A DNA stretch of 37,011 nt from a virus. Taxonomy: Duplodnaviria; Caudoviricetes. The notes beneath the pieces were generated by a model that saw only the letters and a list, made by a program, of their open reading frames with translations, was not told the origin of the DNA and ran no database searches. The translations under genes were made by a program, and so were the position numbers. The DNA lies in IMG/VR virus record IMGVR_UViG_3300034416_000016, positions 1 to 37,011 of that record; one strand, written 5' to 3'. Of this stretch, positions 1 through 7,756 are shown piece after piece; the stretch's first letter is position 1; every line of letters starts with the position of its first letter.

Positions 1-31
1 TTTATTGGTGCGAGGAAAGGGACTTGAACCC
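1..31. repeat. att core, left copy (displaced tRNA 3' fragment)
   Basis: TTTATTGGTGCGAGGAAAGGGACTTGAACCC identical to 36981-37011; the adjacent phage sequence does not continue as tRNA. Confidence 0.96.
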
Positions 32-132
32 GAAATCAGCACAATAATCGATAAAAACACATACAAACTGATTTTTTATTCCCTGATATTCCGTCATTTT
101 ATAATAACCTGCCGCAATGCATCGAAATGGAA

Positions 133-184
133 TTGACAAAGAAATATGTCAAAATTTATGTCAGATACACCAATTCAATGTCAA
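133..184. promoter_or_regulatory. Putative integrase arm-type binding sites (WATGTCA repeats)
   Basis: TATGTCAA 145-152, TATGTCAG 157-164, AATGTCAA 177-184, inverted TTGACAAA 133-140; same motif and 12-bp spacing at 36900/36912. Confidence 0.65.
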
Positions 185-290
185 TAGAAAGGGAACCTTC
201 AACAAAGCTTATTTTTGTTCCATTTAAACCTCTTCCCGAAACAATCCGGATACTGGGAGTAACGCCGGAAGATCGGGGCATTTCTTTGCT

Positions 291-356
291 ATAAAAAAGA
301 AGGCGCTAGATCTTTGCACCTCCTTAAGTGTTAGCGACTACCGCGGCAGAAGCAAC
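291..356 (-). ncRNA. Candidate ~65-nt small RNA (hairpin + intrinsic terminator)
   Basis: Follows a consensus promoter; GTGTT..AACAC hairpin, then GAGGTGC/GCGCCTT stem and U-tract; no ORF. Confidence 0.55.
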
Positions 357-362
357 ACCATC

Positions 363-390
363 ATTATACACTATTTCCCCTCAATGTCAA
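363..390 (-). promoter_or_regulatory. Consensus sigmaA promoter TTGACA-16-TATAAT
   Basis: -35 at 385-390, -10 at 363-368 on the minus strand. Confidence 0.7.
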
Positions 391-405
391 TAATACCTTG
401 ATCTG

Positions 406-1041
406 CTATTTCTTATATTTTTCAATCACCGGCTTGTAATAGACTTCCTCGGCCTTCTTTCTTGCTTCGATCGCGTCTTCAAGATTATCAAACAGACCTA
501 GATGGATTCGCTTTCCCTGGAATCCAATGTTCGCAACCCATTTATCCAGCTGAGAATGCTTGCTCACGCCCTTATGTCCGGACGTATTGTTCTTTGAAAT
601 TACTGAGCTTTGAATCCTGCCAAGCGACGTGCCATCAACTACATCCTTCTGCTTCCGATCCGGCATATCTGCAGCATTCTTTTCGAGTTTAAGACAACCG
701 CAGCTCCTTGTCCGACCATTACGGAGTGACGGACTTTTTACAGTGATTTCTTTTCCGCATTCACATCGGCAGAGCCACAGCACATTTTTACTCTGATCGA
801 GACCAACACGTTTTAAAACGGTGAGCCTGCCGAATGTTTTGCCGGTCAGATCAATGATATTGCTTTTGGTTTTGCATCCGCAATGGGTCTTTTTGCCTGA
901 TGTTAATTGATAGCCGCGGACTGTGATGATATTACCACAGTCGCATCGACACAGCCACGCGCAGTGGGTGTCTTTGCCGATATTGGGGGCGCGTTCCAGG
1001 ACAAGAAGGTGGATGAAGCGTTGGTTTGTTAAGTCTTTCAT
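406..1041 (-). CDS. AP2-domain DNA-binding protein with two Cys-rich (WxCxCxCG..CGC) repeats
   Basis: Two DLTxxxFxxLxV-WLCRCxCG-CGC repeats; C-terminal NNTSGHKGV..KWVANI..IHLGLF..EDAIEARKKAE AP2 motif; start moved to the ATG after GAGGT. Confidence 0.85.
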   Translation of the reverse strand: MKDLTNQRFIHLLVLERAPNIGKDTHCAWLCRCDCGNIITVRGYQLTSGKKTHCGCKTKSNIIDLTGKTFGRLTVLKRVGLDQSKNVLWLCRCECGKEITVKSPSLRNGRTRSCGCLKLEKNAADMPDRKQKDVVDGTSLGRIQSSVISKNNTSGHKGVSKHSQLDKWVANIGFQGKRIHLGLFDNLEDAIEARKKAEEVYYKPVIEKYKK

Positions 1042-1176
1042 GGTTAGATACCTCAACGATATTACAAAATTCTGTAAACCCTATAGCGCCTGATTAAGAG
1101 TCAGGTGAGAATAGCTAAACAAATTATTCTTGCAACCATTTAGCCATTCTGCCTTCATATTTATATTTCATCTTTT

Positions 1177-1926
1177 TTATTTTTCAAGTTCATATAAACT
1201 AAAACTATTATCTTTCAAATTGTCTTCCAATTCTTCTATATAAAACTCAATTTTATATTTCTCAAGCCAATTTTGAAAAAATTTTTCAAGACTTTCCTTA
1301 TCAACAGTTACATCGTTAGGAATTACGTTATATCCTAAAACTTCTTCTGTCATTAGCCCTGTTTTAAATATAAAAACAACCTTTTTTATTCCGTTTATAG
1401 AAATATTTAGCACATATTTTGCCATTTGAGGGACTACTTTACCATTGTATTCATTTCTTACTTTAGTAACATTATTGGGACTATTTTTCATATCTTTTGT
1501 GATATTCGGTATCTTTTCTCCAAATTTCAAAAATATCTTTTTGTTCGAGGTATTCACTTGAAGAATTATATCATTTCCATTAAACTTTACTTCCGGTACC
1601 ATATATGAAAACTTCTCTGTTTCTATTCTTTCAGTATGAAACGGACTTAAGATTAACGGCGTGTCATATCGCTTTACACCAATTTTATACTCATTGTTTA
1701 CAATTATAAACATTTCTTTGATTACAATCGCTTTAGCTGTCTTATTTTCAATCACAACTGAAAATGACTCTCCTTCGGAGTTTGAAGATGATTGTCCGAA
1801 CGTAATAAACTTTATTTTCTTTGAAACAAAAGAAAAATGAAAAGTGTATATCGTAATTAGAAGTATACAAATATCAGCTGCAAAATTTGTCCATTCACGA
1901 ATAATAGTCAAAATTTCTATATTCAA
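1177..1926 (-). CDS. AT-rich moron protein with N-terminal transmembrane helix, function unknown
   Basis: 249-aa ORF, visibly AT-rich, hydrophobic segment about aa 15-34, upstream TATAAT. Confidence 0.75.
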   Translation of the reverse strand: MNIEILTIIREWTNFAADICILLITIYTFHFSFVSKKIKFITFGQSSSNSEGESFSVVIENKTAKAIVIKEMFIIVNNEYKIGVKRYDTPLILSPFHTERIETEKFSYMVPEVKFNGNDIILQVNTSNKKIFLKFGEKIPNITKDMKNSPNNVTKVRNEYNGKVVPQMAKYVLNISINGIKKVVFIFKTGLMTEEVLGYNVIPNDVTVDKESLEKFFQNWLEKYKIEFYIEELEDNLKDNSFSLYELEK

Positions 1927-2027
1927 ATTTCATTCCACCAATCTTCATTATAGTATTTTAAACTCATCAATACTACCCCATACCAAAAAGCCCGCACACC
2001 GTAAGGCCCTTTAATATAAGGTAGATT

Positions 2028-2783
2028 TTAGTAATTCGTGATTATTACTTCTTTGTATTCTTTATCTTTCCCATCATACCGCTCAAGCAGCGAATTCCTC
2101 CGGCTAACTTCAATCAGGTTAAAATCCTGGTACAATTCCCGGATAAAATCATCATTGTTATAACTCAGTATAAACTTTCCTTTGATTTGTTTCAAGGCAT
2201 CTTGCAATCTTTTGTGATCCACATCGATGAAACCGGTCTGATAATATTTTTCTGTTCCGTGATAGGGTGGATCAAGATAGAAAAGCGCCCCGGGACGATC
2301 ATGAACCTTGATGATCCGCTCAAAATCTCTGTTTTCAATGACCACGCCATTTAATCGGTCGCTGATCTCACTCAAGTAATCGGTGCTTTTGCTCAGATTT
2401 TTCTTTGTCCCTCCGTAGGTTTTTCTATCGGCTCCATATGATGTTTTGATGATCATGAAATACCGTCCGGCCCGTTGGATGTCGGTTAATCCTCGCATAT
2501 CAAGCTGAGATTTGAAGTCGTCGAAGAACTCCCGGGAATTCAGGACGCAGGATATTTCCTTTTTTACCTCATCCGGGTGATACTTCACGCAGCGAAATAA
2601 ATTGGCCAGCTGGCCATCATAATCATTATAAATCTCCAGATCGGCATGCTTATCTTTTGCAAAGAGTACCCATCCGGCACCACCAAAGACTTCAATGTAT
2701 CGATCAAAGTCATTTGGGAACATTTCAATTATTGTTTTTCTTAACAGGCGTTTCCCGCCAATCCATGGTATAAAACTATTCAT
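2028..2783 (-). CDS. DNA adenine methyltransferase (Dam/D12-like class), orphan
   Basis: WIGGK, YIEVFGGAG SAM-binding motif, catalytic DPPY, C-terminal EVIITNY; GGAGG RBS. Confidence 0.93.
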   Translation of the reverse strand: MNSFIPWIGGKRLLRKTIIEMFPNDFDRYIEVFGGAGWVLFAKDKHADLEIYNDYDGQLANLFRCVKYHPDEVKKEISCVLNSREFFDDFKSQLDMRGLTDIQRAGRYFMIIKTSYGADRKTYGGTKKNLSKSTDYLSEISDRLNGVVIENRDFERIIKVHDRPGALFYLDPPYHGTEKYYQTGFIDVDHKRLQDALKQIKGKFILSYNNDDFIRELYQDFNLIEVSRRNSLLERYDGKDKEYKEVIITNY

Positions 2784-2856
2784 TCTTCCTCCATAATATA
2801 AAATAGGGCCACCCCGAAAGGTGGCCTGAATCCACTTGACGAATTTTCGGTCAAGA

Positions 2857-2885
2857 ACATTATATTTTCATCACAAAAACGTCAA
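2857..2885 (-). promoter_or_regulatory. Putative promoter of the MTase gene
   Basis: TTGACG (2880-2885) with TATAAT (2859-2864, 15-bp spacer) or TAATGT (17-bp spacer). Confidence 0.45.
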
Positions 2886-2918
2886 GATCTGTTTACATTT
2901 CAAAACCAAACGTAAACC

Positions 2919-3836
2919 TTACGCTGCTTGCTGACAATAAACTCCGCATCCTGGTGGTTCAAGATGCGTAAATCCATCAATTTCGTAATACCTTGCCCCG
3001 CATCCGGTCAGGTCGTTGGCAGCAACTGCCACCTCATAAGCACTGTGACCAGGTACCACAATGTCGACCGCTTGCCAGGTTGTATGATAAGATCCCGGAA
3101 TACCACCCCAGTGATCATTACATTGTTCACAGCGGATCATTGATGTAATGATCACAGCAGTTCCAAAGTAATTTCGAACAGCCTCTAAAATATTCAGCAA
3201 ATATGGCATGTTCTGGGCCATTAATTCCTGTTCTGGGTATCCATTACAATAGCCAAAACCATATTTCCATTCTGTGCAATCGCATGATACTTCCTTTTTT
3301 GAGAAATGTGGTGACACCATATCGGTGTTTATAGCGGGGTCCTGCGCTGGTGGGGCCACATACTCCACAAATCCATCGACGCCATCGGTTTTCAGGCTTA
3401 CGCCTTTTGCGAATACCATGATCCGGATCGCTTCAGCCTGAAGATCAAGTCCAACAGTTCCGGCCAACTCACCGCCGCACATCCAATTCATCCAACCACG
3501 GTTCCGCACGTGCACTTGGAACCAGATATCATATTTGTCAGCGTCCGGCCCAAACAATTCCAACTGGATCGCCTGCAGAGCAAGCCCCTGGCCAACAGTG
3601 CCACAAATATCACCATCATATACCGGGTCCATCCAGCCAATGTTCTGAACATGCGCTCGACACATGACGTGTATATCAAAATCGTCAGGCTTTTCCAGCT
3701 TGCACGTAATGGCTTCCAATCGTCTGCCTTGACCGGTTGTCCCTGCATCGACTCCATTTCGCACTTCTGGTTCCCAGCCAATATCCTGAACGTGGCCGGC
3801 ATAAACTGTGTTAATTGCAAAAACATTACTACTCAT
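2919..3836 (-). CDS. Endolysin: N-terminal ChW repeats + C-terminal peptidase M15-type catalytic domain
   Basis: Three HVQxIGW..GTxG..LEAI-type repeats; SPHFS..CDC, RC..N..GG..SYH..AVDI, THLE motifs; follows the holins. Confidence 0.88.
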   Translation of the reverse strand: MSSNVFAINTVYAGHVQDIGWEPEVRNGVDAGTTGQGRRLEAITCKLEKPDDFDIHVMCRAHVQNIGWMDPVYDGDICGTVGQGLALQAIQLELFGPDADKYDIWFQVHVRNRGWMNWMCGGELAGTVGLDLQAEAIRIMVFAKGVSLKTDGVDGFVEYVAPPAQDPAINTDMVSPHFSKKEVSCDCTEWKYGFGYCNGYPEQELMAQNMPYLLNILEAVRNYFGTAVIITSMIRCEQCNDHWGGIPGSYHTTWQAVDIVVPGHSAYEVAVAANDLTGCGARYYEIDGFTHLEPPGCGVYCQQAA

Positions 3837-4168
3837 TACTGCACCGCCTTTTCAGCGGCCGCATTGACCGCTTCTTCCTGCTCTGCCAATAATTTATTCG
3901 ACTGATCCATGATCGCTTTGACCGCTGCATCTTTTAAATTTTTCATTATGACATCCGATTGCTGAGCCGAGGCTGTCAGGCTATTATTCTTCCAAGCCGC
4001 CCAGATAGCCGAAGCAACCATAGCAACCCCCGAAAGCAACGAATACAGCTCTGTCTCTGAAACCGCGATCGGGTTCATACCGCTCGCAGTCAAAACTGCA
4101 TTCGTCATTGTTAAAACCAATACTGCCAACCGAATCCATACATCTTTTGATACACCTTTTAAATTCAT
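3836..4168 (-). CDS. Holin, SPP1 family
   Basis: Two TM segments, G.NPI and WKNN..T motifs, directly upstream of the endolysin. Confidence 0.85.
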   Translation of the reverse strand: MNLKGVSKDVWIRLAVLVLTMTNAVLTASGMNPIAVSETELYSLLSGVAMVASAIWAAWKNNSLTASAQQSDVIMKNLKDAAVKAIMDQSNKLLAEQEEAVNAAAEKAVQ

Positions 4169-4171
4169 TTC

Positions 4172-4465
4172 TTATTTCTCCTTTTCTACAATATCATCAA
4201 TGCGCTTATGCGCTGACTTTGCCGATGCTTCTACATCACAAACACGTTCAAGCAACTCTATGTGCTTGTCTGCCTGCTTTTCTAATTTCTTATCAATCCC
4301 ATCGACGCTGGACTTTATATAGCCCATGTCCGATGTGATGGTCGCAATGCTGGCCCCCTCAGCCTTGTCATCCTTGGCTTTGGATCTGCCAAACACTAAC
4401 CAAGCGATTACAAAACTGCCAACAGTGCAAACTAAGCCCGTCACAACTATAATGTCTACATTCAT
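4172..4465 (-). CDS. XhlA-like / holin-associated membrane protein
   Basis: N-terminal TM, coiled coil, VEASAKSAHKRID motif, lysis-module position. Confidence 0.7.
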   Translation of the reverse strand: MNVDIIVVTGLVCTVGSFVIAWLVFGRSKAKDDKAEGASIATITSDMGYIKSSVDGIDKKLEKQADKHIELLERVCDVEASAKSAHKRIDDIVEKEK

Positions 4466-4506
4466 AAACCGTCCCCTTTCAGATTTTTGGGTAATAAAAA
4501 AACAGC

Positions 4507-4656
4507 CTAAGCTGCTGCGTTCATCAATCCAACAAGTTCAGTGTACTGATCTTGCGTGATTCGATTTCCGAGTAAAAACACATCAAGCTTTTTAAGCATG
4601 TCGTCATGCTCATAGTTACCGTTCGTAATCATCATCTTTGCTACTTTGTAAGTCAT
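4507..4656 (-). CDS. XkdX-like small protein (49 aa; missing from the ORF track)
   Basis: AGGAGG RBS; MTYKVAKMMI..KLDVFLLGNRITQDQYTELVGLMNAAA; position between tail-tip and lysis genes. Confidence 0.8.
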   Translation of the reverse strand: MTYKVAKMMITNGNYEHDDMLKKLDVFLLGNRITQDQYTELVGLMNAAA

Positions 4657-4674
4657 TTCAGCTCCTCCTTTCCA

Positions 4675-4893
4675 TTAAATTCCTGATTGCATTTCCATTA
4701 AAACGGTCTGATATTGGGTTTCCAGATAGTTTGCTCGGATAATTTCGTCGATGGAGGGTTGCTGTTCAGTCGGCTCTGGTTCTGATATCACCGGCTCAAC
4801 CTTCATAATCTTTTCAACTGTACCGGTATCATAGGTTCGCTCGATGTAGGTATAACCGTTTTCTAATATCTCTTGTTCGTTTGTAATTTTCAT
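4675..4893 (-). CDS. Small tail-fibre-associated protein (XkdW-like position)
   Basis: 72 aa, AAGGAG RBS, Pro/Glu linker, precedes the XkdX-like gene. Confidence 0.65.
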   Translation of the reverse strand: MKITNEQEILENGYTYIERTYDTGTVEKIMKVEPVISEPEPTEQQPSIDEIIRANYLETQYQTVLMEMQSGI

Positions 4894-4905
4894 TAATTTT
4901 CTCCT

Positions 4906-5445
4906 TTAATCATCCAAGTAATATTCACACACCGTCTTCAAGTTCGAGCTGTCCTTTATAACGCTTACAGCTAAAGACGTATTAAATCGGATAGGATGAG
5001 GGATAATAAATAGCCCACCATCACCCGCAGCAAGTTGCGCTTCAGAGTAAGGGTATAATAAAGGGGTTGTTGCTATTGCTGCTAAGCTACCGTTTATTGC
5101 AGTTCCAGGAAGTGACCCGCATACTGGCAATATCGGGAGTCCAGCAGACCCTAACCCACATAAAATCTGATCAGCTATTCCGTGAGCACAGAGATTATTT
5201 AGTGGTGTTGGGTTGTTTCTAATATTTAAAACAGTTTCCCCGTCTATAACAATTTGTATCTGAGCGATATAATTTCCAGCAGAAACACTGTTGACATTAA
5301 AAGATGACTTAAGAAAGCCTGAGCCACTGATACTTAAAATCTGCGTCAATGAACTGTATGCATTCGCATCATAGAGTTTTCTATACCCTTTGCCGTTTGG
5401 AGATGTTGCAGTAACTTCTTTCCCTAAATTGACAATTCTCCCCAT
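4906..5445 (-). CDS. Putative tail-tip / receptor-binding protein
   Basis: Position after baseplate genes; Gly/Ser/Ala-rich. Confidence 0.5.
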   Translation of the reverse strand: MGRIVNLGKEVTATSPNGKGYRKLYDANAYSSLTQILSISGSGFLKSSFNVNSVSAGNYIAQIQIVIDGETVLNIRNNPTPLNNLCAHGIADQILCGLGSAGLPILPVCGSLPGTAINGSLAAIATTPLLYPYSEAQLAAGDGGLFIIPHPIRFNTSLAVSVIKDSSNLKTVCEYYLDD

Positions 5446-5446
5446 A

Positions 5447-5785
5447 TCAGTTCACCTGCTCTTCCATGCCGTAAACGGTTATATTTACATCCGTCCCGGC
5501 ATCTTGTTTAAACCCCAGCGTTTCCCCGGCTGCTAAAATAATTTTATTATCCGAAATAATTTCACTTGAATCAGCCGCAATCTCGATGTTATGAGCGAGC
5601 TGATTAGCGCTTGCCAGCCCGTGCGCAAAAATCGCCAGCTTTCGGGCTGTTGTGGTATTCTGATTATCCGCCCAAATCTCAACAATCTGTGCGCGGTATC
5701 CGGTTGGTGCCGTATATTTTGCTGTTGCCGTGGCGCTTGTTGCGCCTTGAAATAGTTTCTTTGGTGTTACATCTCCTATGGCCAT
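5447..5785 (-). CDS. Putative tail-tip structural protein
   Basis: 112 aa, directly abuts its neighbours, GGAGG RBS. Confidence 0.6.
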   Translation of the reverse strand: MAIGDVTPKKLFQGATSATATAKYTAPTGYRAQIVEIWADNQNTTTARKLAIFAHGLASANQLAHNIEIAADSSEIISDNKIILAAGETLGFKQDAGTDVNITVYGMEEQVN

Positions 5786-6655
5786 TTACATTCCTCCCAT
5801 TCTTATTCTTCTATTCTGGTTTATCATTGCCGTGGCTGTTGCCGTTGAAATCGGCTTATTCGCATCAGATGTGTTATCGACGTTCCCCAGGCCAACTTGG
5901 GCTTTTGTTACAGCGTGAGGATTTGAGGTTGCTGCTTCATGCGCGGTTATCATATTTAGCAAATTACCTGCCGCATCGCCACTCAAGGCGTTTTGAATTG
6001 TAGAAAACCAGGTGTTCCATGATTGTTGCAAGTTAGTTTTCAGTTGATCGAATTCTAAATGCTTATCATCGGCATATTGAGTCAATTCATCATTATACTG
6101 TTGCTCTTTTTCAGAGAACCATGCTTGATATTGATTAAACAATGTTGTTACGTCAACTTGCTGTACCAGAGCATGCACAATTCCACACAAATCATTACTC
6201 AACCTGGTATCCGTAATATTTGCCTGTGATATTGCCGTAACATTTGCACCAACCCGAATATCTGCAATAGCCAATTCCCAAATATCGCTGTTTCTCGTCA
6301 ATTCAGGTGCCACCGGTGACGCCGCTGGCGTACCCGTAATAACACCAACCATGATTTCACGATTATTTGAAACCCAACGGATTACAACCCGGTCAATTCT
6401 GGGATTTATATATGCAGGTTCCAAAGTTTTCACAAGATTATCTGGATTCCAATATAGGTATCCATTGATCCAGGCTTTGCCTGGCATGATCGTGACTGTC
6501 ATCGGATTTTCTTCATTTACCATAACCTGAGTATTTGTTGATGGGTTTGGAAATATGCCATTCGCTATCAATGTACTGAAAAACATAGCAAAGTCTTCAG
6601 CTAGATACACCCTATCGTCATTTACATCATTGAAGAAATAGCTCTTCTCTGCCAC
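5786..6655 (-). CDS. Baseplate upper / tail fibre shoulder protein
   Basis: FFN..DRVY.AEDFA, PGKAWINGY, RIDRVVIR, DTRL..LCG motifs; C-terminal NPHAVTKAQVGLGNVDN fibre motif. Confidence 0.8.
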   Translation of the reverse strand: MAEKSYFFNDVNDDRVYLAEDFAMFFSTLIANGIFPNPSTNTQVMVNEENPMTVTIMPGKAWINGYLYWNPDNLVKTLEPAYINPRIDRVVIRWVSNNREIMVGVITGTPAASPVAPELTRNSDIWELAIADIRVGANVTAISQANITDTRLSNDLCGIVHALVQQVDVTTLFNQYQAWFSEKEQQYNDELTQYADDKHLEFDQLKTNLQQSWNTWFSTIQNALSGDAAGNLLNMITAHEAATSNPHAVTKAQVGLGNVDNTSDANKPISTATATAMINQNRRIRMGGM

Positions 6656-6669
6656 TTAATCACCTCTTT

Positions 6670-7746
6670 CTATACGATCTCATTTGTTTCTGTTGAAATC
6701 TCTTTTATTTTTGCGGCCACCGTTTTTGAAGGATTTCCAGTTGTTAACTCAATGGTCTCAGCTGCTTCATAGATTTCCCGGACTTCGGCAATCCGTTGGG
6801 ACTCATAACCGGTTGAAGTATGAACTGTCACTATATCACCCAGATCCCAATCCACTTCATAGATGAAATTATTATTCGTGATCTCCATCTCTGAGCTTTT
6901 GACAATCACGGTTTCTGACAGCTTTGCGTTCCCCCGACTATACAAACCATCGGTTGTGTTTAAATCCCTGGCATCCACGACCAGCTCACGGCGTTTTAAC
7001 CCTGAAATATCATCACCATTTGTCACTTTCACAACTTCACGGGCTGCCCCTTCTCCCTGGCCGGCAACATAAGCATAATTCTTATAATTCGATGTATTAA
7101 CAGATCTCACAGTATTCTTCATGTTTTTAAATTTTTTAGAAAAAGTCACTGGTGAATTGATACTCTGTTCATGACTCCGGTCGACACCTTGTATCACATC
7201 AAAAATTAATTGCCTGTTGACCTGATCCACTTCAACCGTCCACCCTAACCCAGTTAATGTGGTAATATTTTCAGCTTCTTTTGCTAGATTCTTGTAACGG
7301 CTATTCCAGAGAACCGATTCCCCACGGTTTTGATTTTCTGCCATAACTAAACCAGGAATAACCCTGGTCGCATCCACCGGATTGATGCAATTCAAATTGA
7401 CAAGATTCTTAATCAGGGTTTCCCCATTTGCAGTCAACGTCTGATAAGCTTGTCCAACTGGCGGAATAGTGATCCTCCGGTTTAGAATACTTTTGACATC
7501 TTTTCCCTTTACTGTAACCGTATTGCTTTTTTCGTTTTCCTCAACACTTTCAATGATGAAGGATTTCTTTCTTGACAGGTAAATATAATAGTTTTCTTTG
7601 AAATATTCAGCGTATTTGATCCCTAAAACAATCTGAAATTCTCCCGGGGCCGTTAAATTACGCTCAAAATAAAAAGACGAATAAGCCCTGATGCTTGTTA
7701 AAAAGCTCAGATCGTCTTTCAGAATCTTTATTAATTGTCTTCCCAT
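6670..7746 (-). CDS. Baseplate hub / Tal-like protein (siphovirus Gp37-like)
   Basis: NYAYVAGQGEG..R, RRELVVDARD, DWDLGDIVTV motifs; start moved to MGRQLIK after AAGGTG. Confidence 0.85.
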   Translation of the reverse strand: MGRQLIKILKDDLSFLTSIRAYSSFYFERNLTAPGEFQIVLGIKYAEYFKENYYIYLSRKKSFIIESVEENEKSNTVTVKGKDVKSILNRRITIPPVGQAYQTLTANGETLIKNLVNLNCINPVDATRVIPGLVMAENQNRGESVLWNSRYKNLAKEAENITTLTGLGWTVEVDQVNRQLIFDVIQGVDRSHEQSINSPVTFSKKFKNMKNTVRSVNTSNYKNYAYVAGQGEGAAREVVKVTNGDDISGLKRRELVVDARDLNTTDGLYSRGNAKLSETVIVKSSEMEITNNNFIYEVDWDLGDIVTVHTSTGYESQRIAEVREIYEAAETIELTTGNPSKTVAAKIKEISTETNEIV

Positions 7747-7756
7747 CTTTTTCACC

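Noticed and set aside
127-294. 55-codon plus-strand ORF converging on the 291-356 sRNA, as a possible type I toxin
   Set aside because: No RBS, no hydrophobic helix, and it overlaps the putative integrase arm sites
341-350. 10-nt match (CCGCGGCAGA) between the sRNA locus and the AAADK repeat gene near 34606
   Set aside because: Too short to exceed chance, and the target is a low-complexity repeat
1177-2783. MTase plus downstream ORF as a type II restriction-modification pair
   Set aside because: The downstream protein has an N-terminal TM helix, no recognisable nuclease motif and apparently its own promoter
4906-6655. Diversity-generating retroelement or invertible tail-fibre cassette
   Set aside because: No reverse transcriptase, invertase or TR/VR-like repeat pair was seen in the window
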